From: an uncultured Candidatus Saccharibacteria bacterium
GTDB lineage: Bacteria; Patescibacteriota; Minisyncoccia; Phycocordibacterales; UBA5272
Direction of reading: 5' to 3'
Length of the DNA stretch: 64,000 bases
NCBI GenBank assembly: GCA_964457775.1
Contig: CAYWEW010000005.1
Span: 5,398-69,397, forward strand
This document shows positions 9,214 through 17,144 of the stretch, in pieces (position 1 is the first letter of the stretch; each line of letters begins with the position of its first letter). The notes under the pieces are model-generated. The model was not told the DNA's origin, ran no database searches, and saw nothing but the letters and a program-made list of their open reading frames with translations. The translations under genes and the position numbers were made by a program.

Positions 9214-10182
9214 ATGAATTTAGAAGACTTCAAATCAAATCCACGTACAATGTATACCGCTCAAGAATATGAGCGAATTCTTAATGCAAAAAATGAAGCT
9301 GAAACATTATTATCCGATGATGATATGAAGGAACTTGCTCAAATAGAAGTAGAAGCTTTAACAGCGCAGTTAGAGTCTCTTTGGCTACAAATGGAAAACG
9401 ATGCTGAAGCTGCAAAAGAAGCAGAAGAAGCCCCGAAGGCAATGATACTTGAAATACAAGGTGGTGCAGGAGGGGACGAATCATCACTTTTCGCTGCAGA
9501 ACTTGCCCTTATGTATCAGAATTATGCTGAACAACGTGGTTGGGGTTGGAGTAAATTAGATGAATCACTTTCAGATGTTGGTGGCTACAAAGATGTATCT
9601 TTCGAAGTAAAAGGAAAAGGTTGTTATGAGGCTTTGAAATTTGAAACAGGAGTGCATCGTGTTCAACGAATACCAGAAACAGAGAAGAACGGTCGAGTGC
9701 ATACTTCAACTGTTACTGTGTCTGTTATGCCTATTCGTACTAAAACAAATGTTACCATTCCTATGAGTGATCTTGAATTCGAAACATCTCGTTCAGGTGG
9801 GGCAGGTGGTCAGAACGTGAACAAAGTAGAAACAGCTGTTCGAGTTATTCATAAACCAACAGGTATTGCTATTCGTTGTACCATTGAACGTAGTCAGTTA
9901 AAGAATAAAGAAAGAGCTCTTGAAATGTTACAAGCCAAATTAGACCAATTAGCTCAAGAAGAAGATGATAAGAAGCACGCTTCAGAAAAGCGCTCACAAG
10001 TAGGAACGGGGGACAGAAGTGAAAAGATTCGTACCTATAACTTTCCACAAGATAGAGTCACTGATCACAGAATTAGACAATCATGGCACGGTCTTCCAAA
10101 AATTATGATAGGGAACATGGGTCCAATTGTAGAGTCACTTCAAAACTTCACTGGAGAATTCGGCGAAGCAGAGGAGGAATAA
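9214..10182 (+). CDS. prfA: Peptide chain release factor 1
   Basis: GGQ motif (SGGAGGQNVNKVETAVR) and an RF1-type PxT tripeptide (RIPETE). Confidence 0.9.
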   Translation: MNLEDFKSNPRTMYTAQEYERILNAKNEAETLLSDDDMKELAQIEVEALTAQLESLWLQMENDAEAAKEAEEAPKAMILEIQGGAGGDESSLFAAELALMYQNYAEQRGWGWSKLDESLSDVGGYKDVSFEVKGKGCYEALKFETGVHRVQRIPETEKNGRVHTSTVTVSVMPIRTKTNVTIPMSDLEFETSRSGGAGGQNVNKVETAVRVIHKPTGIAIRCTIERSQLKNKERALEMLQAKLDQLAQEEDDKKHASEKRSQVGTGDRSEKIRTYNFPQDRVTDHRIRQSWHGLPKIMIGNMGPIVESLQNFTGEFGEAEEE

Positions 10183-10264
10183 TATGTTCGAATAAATTTT
10201 ATTTTTTGACTTCATTGTGGTAGAGTTTAGGTGGAGTATTTAAACACATATAAAGGAGGAAGTT

Positions 10265-10567
10265 ATGGAATTTTTTCTTAAAGAAAGATATGTGTTCAAG
10301 GGTGAATTTTATTCTTGGGTGGCTTTAATTGATTATTTGCTAAGTCTGCAGAGAATTACGTTGGTAGTTAAAGAAAAAGTTGAATTTTCTCGAACTCATT
10401 CTAGAATGACTTATCTTGGTACGGTAAAATATCTAGACTATTACGGGTATGAAGAAGCTCTGTATGTCGATGATATTTTGGAGAAGGAAGAGGAAACTTT
10501 ACTTGCCCAACTTCATGCTCTTGGTACCGAACTTGATGCAAAAATTTTGGAAACAGAAGATTTGTAA
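10265..10567 (+). CDS. Hypothetical protein
   Basis: Strong RBS AGGAGG 6 nt upstream. A terminator follows. Confidence 0.45.
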   Translation: MEFFLKERYVFKGEFYSWVALIDYLLSLQRITLVVKEKVEFSRTHSRMTYLGTVKYLDYYGYEEALYVDDILEKEEETLLAQLHALGTELDAKILETEDL

Positions 10568-10584
10568 AGTATCTATCTTACTCT

Positions 10585-10618
10585 GAAAAACCAGCGCCAG
10601 CGCTGGTTTTTGTTTTAT
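10585..10618 (+). terminator. Intrinsic terminator
   Basis: aaaaaccagcgccagcgctggttttt. Confidence 0.7.
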
Positions 10619-10799
10619 GGGTAAGTATTCCCAAAACGCCAATTCTGTGCTAGAATAACACCTGTTACATCCAATCATGCAAATCAGGATTTGGACACCT
10701 GAGCACACTTTTCGAGCACTATTGACGCTTACCAAACAGGTATTAAGGAGAAAAGGAGTTGTGGCATGATTACTTATTAATTAAGTAACACAAAAAAAT

Positions 10800-11477
10800 A
10801 TGTCAATCACACAAGACGCTCTTAAAAAAGCAGGACTTCAATACGGTTATTCTCGTACTCGTCGTCACCCATCAATCAAGCCGTTCGTAGAAGGAAACTT
10901 CAATGGTGTTGATTTTATTAACCTTGCCAAAACAGAAGAGCAATTAAAAAATGCAATCGATTTCTTAGTTTCAATGAACAATGCAGGAAAGGTAATTCTT
11001 TTTGTTGGTGTAAAACCAGAAATCCGCCAAATCGTAAAAGAAGTCGCGCTCTCACTTAATGCTCCTTATGTAGCAGAAAGATTTATTGGTGGAACATTAA
11101 CTAACTTCCCACAAATCAAGAAGCGTATTGAAAAGCTACATGACCTTCTTAAGAAAAAAGAAACAGGGGAACTCGCAGTATATACAAAGAAGGAACAACT
11201 TCTTATTCAGCGTGATATCGACCGTTTAGATCGTGACTTCGGTGGTATTTCATCACTTACTAATACTCCTTCTGCTATTGTTATGATTGATTCACGTCAT
11301 GAAGATATGTGTGTTAAGGAAGCAGCGCGTCTCCACATCCCTGTGGTTGCACTTTGTAATACTGACTGTACACTAGAAGGTATAGAGTATCCAATTGTTG
11401 GTAATGATGGATCTGTTTCGTCTGTACGTTTTGTACTCGAGGCAATCAAAGACGCACTTCAAGTGCAGGTTGCATAA
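10800..11477 (+). CDS. rpsB: Ribosomal protein S2
   Basis: GYSRTRRHPSIKPF...VDFINLAKT; conserved rpsB-tsf gene pair. Confidence 0.9.
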   Translation: MSITQDALKKAGLQYGYSRTRRHPSIKPFVEGNFNGVDFINLAKTEEQLKNAIDFLVSMNNAGKVILFVGVKPEIRQIVKEVALSLNAPYVAERFIGGTLTNFPQIKKRIEKLHDLLKKKETGELAVYTKKEQLLIQRDIDRLDRDFGGISSLTNTPSAIVMIDSRHEDMCVKEAARLHIPVVALCNTDCTLEGIEYPIVGNDGSVSSVRFVLEAIKDALQVQVA

Positions 11478-11526
11478 TGATTCTATTTGTTCGTTATTTA
11501 TTATTAAAATTTAATTTCTAAAATCT

Positions 11527-12003
11527 ATGTCAATGGACACAATAAAAGAACTTCGTGAAGAAACAGGATTATCATTTGCTCAAATTAAAAAAGCTCTTGA
11601 AGAGGTGGGTGGAGACAAAACAAAAGCCCTCGCTATTCTTTCAGAGTATTCAGCTGCTCAAGCAGAAAAGAAATCAGACCGTGAGCTCGCAGCCGGAGTA
11701 GTGTCTTCATATATTCACTCAACTGGAACTGTTGGGGTTTTGCTTCAACTCGGATGTGAGACAGACTTCGTTGCAAAAAATGAAGAATTCGTAGCGCTTG
11801 CACGTGATATCGCTATGCACATTTGTGCTATGTCACCAACATCAATAAATAATGAAGATGGACTAGGGGATGAAACTTCACTCATGAAGCAACCTTTTAT
11901 CAAGAATCCTGAAATGACAATTGAACAAAAAATCCAAGCCGCAGTTCAAAAGTTTGGTGAAAATACAAAAGTAATTCGTTTTTCTCGCTACAGCATTGCT
12001 TAG
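11527..12003 (+). CDS. tsf: Elongation factor Ts (short form)
   Basis: TIKELREETGLSFAQIKKALEEVGGDKTKALAIL (UBA-like N-terminus) ... GCETDFVAKNEEF. Confidence 0.85.
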   Translation: MSMDTIKELREETGLSFAQIKKALEEVGGDKTKALAILSEYSAAQAEKKSDRELAAGVVSSYIHSTGTVGVLLQLGCETDFVAKNEEFVALARDIAMHICAMSPTSINNEDGLGDETSLMKQPFIKNPEMTIEQKIQAAVQKFGENTKVIRFSRYSIA

Positions 12004-12009
12004 CTACTT

Positions 12010-12411
12010 ATGTCAACAATTCTTTTATTTATAAGTGGAGTAGTATCTTTTACAATAGGGTCTTCAATATTGGCTATTCAGAATTATAAATTATCGAAGG
12101 GTTTGATAAAAATAGAAGAGGGGTATAATGGTCCTGCACAAGTTTCAACAGTACTTCTGATTGTTATTCGCTATCTACTAAAAAGAAGCGTGTATTTCCG
12201 TAAATTTTTTATGCAGTACATGTTTCATATTCTAGTAAGAATAATGAGTTACATAGATACTGGAACAACATGGTTATATGCAAAATCAAGAAATTGGTTC
12301 GTTGAGCATTCAGTTCAAAACAGGGGCACAGTACCACACTTTTGGCATCACCTGAAAGTTTATAAAAAGGAGATGGATCAAGAAAAAGAAAATGAGGGTG
12401 GAATAAAGTAA
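12010..12411 (+). CDS. Hypothetical protein (weak)
   Basis: ORF immediately after tsf; a hairpin terminator lies at about 12427-12456. No recognisable motifs. Confidence 0.3.
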   Translation: MSTILLFISGVVSFTIGSSILAIQNYKLSKGLIKIEEGYNGPAQVSTVLLIVIRYLLKRSVYFRKFFMQYMFHILVRIMSYIDTGTTWLYAKSRNWFVEHSVQNRGTVPHFWHHLKVYKKEMDQEKENEGGIK

Positions 12412-12513
12412 ATTGTATTTTATAAAATAACGACAAACTGTCGTTATTTTATTTTTAGTATTATTGACAATTATAATAAAAATCAATTTAACAATTATGA
12501 TATACTTTTCTTC

Positions 12514-13071
12514 ATGGAAGATATTAAAATTTCAAATAATATAACTACTGATGAAGTCCCCAAAGATGTGTTTGAGAGTAATGTTACTTTGGAAGAAAAT
12601 AATACAGAATCAATCAAAGAACAAGTGGTAATCGATAAAAAAAGCGAACATGAACACAAACATGTAGATACTTCTCATATTAAAAAAGCTAAACAAAAAA
12701 GAGTTAAAAATATAGTTTTATCGCTCATAGTAATATCTTTTTTCTTTTTTATTACAACAATTTATTCTCAATATAAAGTCTATCAATTAAGTAAAATTGA
12801 GAACGCAAAAGCAGACTTGTTAAAAGGTGAAATACCAAATAACCCACAACAAATTATAGAAGCAGTGTCACGTCATATTTTATTGCCAAAATCAACACCG
12901 CAAGTTGCTGCTGTACAAGACGCCAATAAATTAGTCACCTCACAACCGTTTTTTAAAGATACACTAAATGGCGATGTTGTGCTTGTATATGAAAATACTA
13001 TTGTTATTTATCGACCTTCAAAAGATATTATAGTTGCAGTTGGTGATATTGGGTCAGGAATAGCAAAATAG
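12514..13071 (+). CDS. Hypothetical membrane protein (single central TM)
   Basis: ORF with one hydrophobic helix (LSLIVISFFFFITTIY). Confidence 0.4.
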   Translation: MEDIKISNNITTDEVPKDVFESNVTLEENNTESIKEQVVIDKKSEHEHKHVDTSHIKKAKQKRVKNIVLSLIVISFFFFITTIYSQYKVYQLSKIENAKADLLKGEIPNNPQQIIEAVSRHILLPKSTPQVAAVQDANKLVTSQPFFKDTLNGDVVLVYENTIVIYRPSKDIIVAVGDIGSGIAK

Positions 13072-13184
13072 TTAGTATTTTTTGATTGATGTATTCAGTA
13101 TTTAATAACATGACAATTAGAGTGTTTTGTGATAGAATAAATCCTATTGTTTTGGTAGTAAAAATAAATTATGCCGTGAGTAGA

Positions 13185-13247
13185 TCGAGAAGCTTGGCTT
13201 CGAAGATGTCAAAAATTAGCAATTTTTTAACCCGGTTGGTAGAATAT
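13185..13247 (+). repeat. Conserved hairpin element upstream of tRNA (copy a)
   Basis: cgagaagcttggcttcgaagatgtcaaaaattagcaattttttaacccggttgg; second copy at 51627..51680 with compensatory base changes in the stem. Confidence 0.55.
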
Positions 13248-13286
13248 TAAAACGTACATGGTCAGCAGGTAGTAGATAGTAAATAT

Positions 13287-13362
13287 GCCGCTTTAGCTCA
13301 GTTGGTAGAGCAACGGTTTTGTAAACCGTAGGTCCACAGTTCGAATCTGTGAAGCGGCTCCA
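13287..13362 (+). tRNA. tRNA-Thr (anticodon UGU)
   Basis: Acceptor GCCGCTT/AAGCGGC, D-arm GCTCAGTTGGTAGAGC, anticodon loop ttTGTaa, T-arm GGTCCACAGTTCGAATCTGTG, CCA encoded. Confidence 0.8.
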
Positions 13363-13421
13363 ATAATAAGCGGAGCTTATTATGGTGATGCTTCAGCAAG
13401 ACAACTGCTTGTCTTGCGACA

Positions 13422-13493
13422 GATTCTAATAGGGGTCGCGAGGTTTATATTTTGAGTTTACGAGGAATAGACCTTGTGACCGAATCTGACAAG
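13422..13493 (+). repeat. tRNA-trailer repeat module (GATTCNAATA-GGGGTCGCGA...GTGACC-GAATC)
   Basis: gattctaataggggtcgcga...cttgtgaccgaatctgacaag; related copies at 33894..33956 and on the minus strand at 50095..50180. Confidence 0.5.
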
Positions 13494-13514
13494 TTTTAGC
13501 CAATACTTCAATTT

Positions 13515-14207
13515 ATGATAGACACGAAAAAATATATCTTTACGTTTCTAATAACTTCTACAATTTTTATAACTGCTTTTTTTGCTTCTACTTTTTTTTC
13601 AAATAAGAGGGTTGAGAGTGTGAAGACAATTCAAGACACAATTGCAATAGACATTCTTTCATCAGAAACACAATTTGATTTATTAAAAGAAGTGCCATGT
13701 TCTAATGTAGGGGATACAATTTTGTCTGCTGAACTTTCAGCAATAGGAGATAAGCTTTCACGTACCGAATCAGATCGTGGAGAAGAAGATGATGATGTAG
13801 TATATTTGAAAAAATATTATTCATTATTACAAATAAAAGATTATTTACTTTCAAAAAAGTTAGTTGAAAAATGTGGACTTACTAAGAAACCAGTCTTTAT
13901 CGTTTATTTTTATTCTAATCAAGGAGATTGTCCTGAATGTGAAAGACAAGGATATGTGCTTACTCGTTTAAAAGAAATATATCCTGACCTACGTGTGTAT
14001 TCTTTTGACTATAATCTACAACTGTCAGCTGTTGATTCAATGAAGAAAATTTATCACATAAAATCAGAACTCCCAGCATTGGTTATAGAGGACAAAACAT
14101 CAACTGGTTTCAAAAATTTGGAAGAACTTAGTACTCTTTTACCGGATAATTTAAAAATGTCTACAAGTACAATAACAAGTGGAACAAGTACTAAAAAGAA
14201 AAAATAG
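13515..14207 (+). CDS. Membrane-anchored protein with possible thioredoxin-like CxxC (CPEC)
   Basis: N-terminal TM; GDCPECERQGYV motif. Weak assignment. Confidence 0.4.
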   Translation: MIDTKKYIFTFLITSTIFITAFFASTFFSNKRVESVKTIQDTIAIDILSSETQFDLLKEVPCSNVGDTILSAELSAIGDKLSRTESDRGEEDDDVVYLKKYYSLLQIKDYLLSKKLVEKCGLTKKPVFIVYFYSNQGDCPECERQGYVLTRLKEIYPDLRVYSFDYNLQLSAVDSMKKIYHIKSELPALVIEDKTSTGFKNLEELSTLLPDNLKMSTSTITSGTSTKKKK

Positions 14208-14221
14208 AATAAATATAAATC

Positions 14222-15484
14222 ATGATAGACCATATATTACAGGGTTTAATGTATCCATTTTTATTCCTATCAATGTTTTTTCAAGTTCTTCTTTTAGAGT
14301 CATTTTTTGAAAATCGTAAAAAAATAAAAGATGAAGAATTGTTTGATATAGAAATATATCCTAGTGTTACAATTGTTGTCCCATGTTGGAATGAGGAAAA
14401 AACATTAGGAGCTACTCTTGACTCACTGCTTTCTCTTGATTATCCAAAAGACAAGTTATCTATTTTTGTTGTTGATGATGGTAGTAAAGATAACACCCTT
14501 TCAATTGCAAAAGATTTTGAAAAGAGGTATCCGAATCAAATAAAAGCAATTACAAAAAATAATGGAGGTAAGCACACTGCTGTTAACTTAGCGCTAAACA
14601 ATTGTACTTCTGACCTATTTGGATGTCTCGATGCAGACTCATTTGTTGATGGCAAAGCTCTTAAAACAATTGTTTCTTATTTTGAAAGAAATAAAAGCGC
14701 AAAAGCTGTCACTCCATGTATTCATATTCGAAATCCAAAAACTATTATACAGCGTATGCAAGCCATCGAATATTTGATGGGGGTATTTTTACGAAAATCT
14801 TTTGGACAATTAGATGCAATACAAGTTACCCCTGGACCATTTTCTATTTTTAAAAGAGAGGTATTTTCTGTTATTGGTGAATATAGAAAAGCACACAATA
14901 CTGAAGACTATGAAATAACCCTTCGCATGCATAAAGCACATTTCAAAATTATGAATTCTCATAAAGCTCTTGTTTATACTGTTGGACCAGCAACTGCAAG
15001 AGGATTCTTTTTTCAGCGTCTTCGTTGGGCTAGAGGGTTTCTTGAAAATTCACTTGATTATAGAGAACTTTTTTTCAAAAAAGAATATGGTAATTTTGGG
15101 ATGTTTACATTACCAGTAGCCTTCTTGTTTGTTTTTTATGGACTCTATGCAGCTTTTTATATGGCATACTTGTTCGTTTCTCATTGGATAGATGTAGTAC
15201 AAAGGTGGCTTACTGTCGGGTTCCATTTTCGTATGCCAATTTTTGATTTATTCTATTTCAACACTGCTGTAATTACTTTCGTTAGTATGGTAATGCTTAC
15301 TATGTTTTTATTAACATTATATATCTCAAGCGTATTATCAGATGATAAGCAAGAATTTTATCGTAATTTTCCAATATTTTTTGTGCTTTACCCACTATTT
15401 GTGCCTTTGTTTCTCGCTAGGGCAGTTTTCGACACTTTTACAAATCGAAAGAACGAATGGGTATTGCAGGACAATAAGAAATAG
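14222..15484 (+). CDS. Membrane glycosyltransferase family 2 (processive, cellulose/chitin-synthase-like)
   Basis: VVPCWNEE, DDGSKDNT, DAD and the QRLRWARG (QxxRW) motif, plus C-terminal TM helices. Confidence 0.85.
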   Translation: MIDHILQGLMYPFLFLSMFFQVLLLESFFENRKKIKDEELFDIEIYPSVTIVVPCWNEEKTLGATLDSLLSLDYPKDKLSIFVVDDGSKDNTLSIAKDFEKRYPNQIKAITKNNGGKHTAVNLALNNCTSDLFGCLDADSFVDGKALKTIVSYFERNKSAKAVTPCIHIRNPKTIIQRMQAIEYLMGVFLRKSFGQLDAIQVTPGPFSIFKREVFSVIGEYRKAHNTEDYEITLRMHKAHFKIMNSHKALVYTVGPATARGFFFQRLRWARGFLENSLDYRELFFKKEYGNFGMFTLPVAFLFVFYGLYAAFYMAYLFVSHWIDVVQRWLTVGFHFRMPIFDLFYFNTAVITFVSMVMLTMFLLTLYISSVLSDDKQEFYRNFPIFFVLYPLFVPLFLARAVFDTFTNRKNEWVLQDNKK

Positions 15485-15533
15485 TTGTTTTATTCTATTT
15501 TAACCAGCACTATTATGTGCTAAAATCATTTAT

Positions 15534-15932
15534 ATGAATATGGAAAAATCAAATAGCTTGGTAAATCAGGAAATCGGTATAGATAAGAAACTTTGGGATG
15601 CAATGATAGAAATAATGACTGGATTTGAAGTGGAAAGTGGTTTTGATTTTTTGGAGCAATCAAAAATTCTTGATCGAATATATAGTGAGGTTATAGATGT
15701 GTGTCCAACTTTTACAGGTGAAGAGAAGAAAAAATACAGTTATTTAATTGATTCAATTAAAGATATTATGAATGAAATTATTTTTTCTAATAAAAGTATT
15801 GAAGAAAAGAAAGGTTTATGTGTTCAAAAGGCAGAATATATTGGAAAGCTCCCTTCTGCTTATGAAATACGACATAATGTTATCAGAATTACCACTATAC
15901 CAGAACTAGAAAATACAGAACTTCTTGGTTAA
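15534..15932 (+). CDS. Hypothetical protein
   Basis: ORF only; overlaps pheS start by 8 nt (operon). Confidence 0.4.
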   Translation: MNMEKSNSLVNQEIGIDKKLWDAMIEIMTGFEVESGFDFLEQSKILDRIYSEVIDVCPTFTGEEKKKYSYLIDSIKDIMNEIIFSNKSIEEKKGLCVQKAEYIGKLPSAYEIRHNVIRITTIPELENTELLG

Positions 15933-16701
15933 TAAATTCATGCAAGGACACATACATCCAATTACATTAGCTATAACGAAAATTTCAGACATCTTTTCTA
16001 AGATGGGGTTTGATACTGTTGATGGTCCAGAACTTGAAGATGAGTGGCATAACTTCGATGCACTAAATGTTGCGAAGAATCACTCATCGCGAGATATGCA
16101 GGACACTTTTTGGATTAAGAATAGAAAAGGTTTAGACAAGTATGGGGAGGAAACTGGTTATGTTCTTCGAACTCATACTAGTAATATGCAAATTAATACT
16201 ATGGAAAAGCATGTAAGAGAAGGGAAGGAATTTCCAATTGCCATTGGTTGTCCGGGTAAAGTGTTTCGTAATGAAGCAACGGATGCAACACATGAGGCAC
16301 AATTTCATCAAATTGAAGGATTTTATGTTGGGAAGGACGCTTCACTTTCTATGATGCTTGGTGTAATGCAAAAGTTGTTCTCAGAATTTTTTGAAACAGA
16401 AACCGTGATTAGATTGCGCTCGTCATATTTCCCATTTGTTGAACCAGGAAATGAATTCGATATGCAATGTTTCAAATGTAAAGGAAATGGATGTAATATT
16501 TGTAAAAGTACCGGCTGGATAGAAATTGGTGGAGCTGGGATGGTACACCCACATGTATTAGAATCAGGAGGAATTAACCCAAATGAGTATAGAGGTTTTG
16601 CTTTTGGTTGTGGAATAGATAGAATGTTAATGCTTAAATACGGTATTGATGATGTGCGTCTTCTTTATAATGGTGACCTTCGTTTGGTTAATCAATTTTA
16701 A
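15925..16701 (+). CDS. pheS: Phenylalanine--tRNA ligase alpha subunit (N-terminally short form)
   Basis: Class II core motifs FRNEATDATHEAQFHQIEG and GFAFGCGIDRMLMLKYGIDDVR. Confidence 0.9.
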   Translation: MVNKFMQGHIHPITLAITKISDIFSKMGFDTVDGPELEDEWHNFDALNVAKNHSSRDMQDTFWIKNRKGLDKYGEETGYVLRTHTSNMQINTMEKHVREGKEFPIAIGCPGKVFRNEATDATHEAQFHQIEGFYVGKDASLSMMLGVMQKLFSEFFETETVIRLRSSYFPFVEPGNEFDMQCFKCKGNGCNICKSTGWIEIGGAGMVHPHVLESGGINPNEYRGFAFGCGIDRMLMLKYGIDDVRLLYNGDLRLVNQF

Positions 16702-16707
16702 TACATC

Positions 16708-17139
16708 ATGAACCCTTCTTTTTTAAAAACACAATATTGGGAAGTTTTCTTTAATGAAGACCAGATGTATTTGGGTAGAATTGTGATAAAAACTATTACA
16801 CCCCACGAGTCTCTCCCTGATTTAATTGAAGAAGAACAAAAAGATTTTTTTTCACTTATAAAAAAATTGGAGAGTTTCTATAAAGAGACATTAGGAGCAA
16901 CTATGTTTAATTATTCATGTCTAATGAATAATGCTTACAGAGATAATGAATCTCCTCACGTGCATTTTCATTTTAGACCAAGATACAAAAACCCAGTAAC
17001 TATTTTAGGGCAAACATTTACAGATCCAAATTTTGGAGAGCATTATATAAGTCCAACTTTAACAAAAAGTGAACCAGTTAAAATATCAAATGAAGTTAGA
17101 GATTTTATTATTAATAAAATGGTGGAATATTTTAAATAA
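16708..17139 (+). CDS. HIT-family (histidine triad) protein
   Basis: HVHFHFRPR histidine-triad motif near the C-terminus, inserted between pheS and pheT. Confidence 0.5.
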   Translation: MNPSFLKTQYWEVFFNEDQMYLGRIVIKTITPHESLPDLIEEEQKDFFSLIKKLESFYKETLGATMFNYSCLMNNAYRDNESPHVHFHFRPRYKNPVTILGQTFTDPNFGEHYISPTLTKSEPVKISNEVRDFIINKMVEYFK

Positions 17140-17144
17140 CGAAT

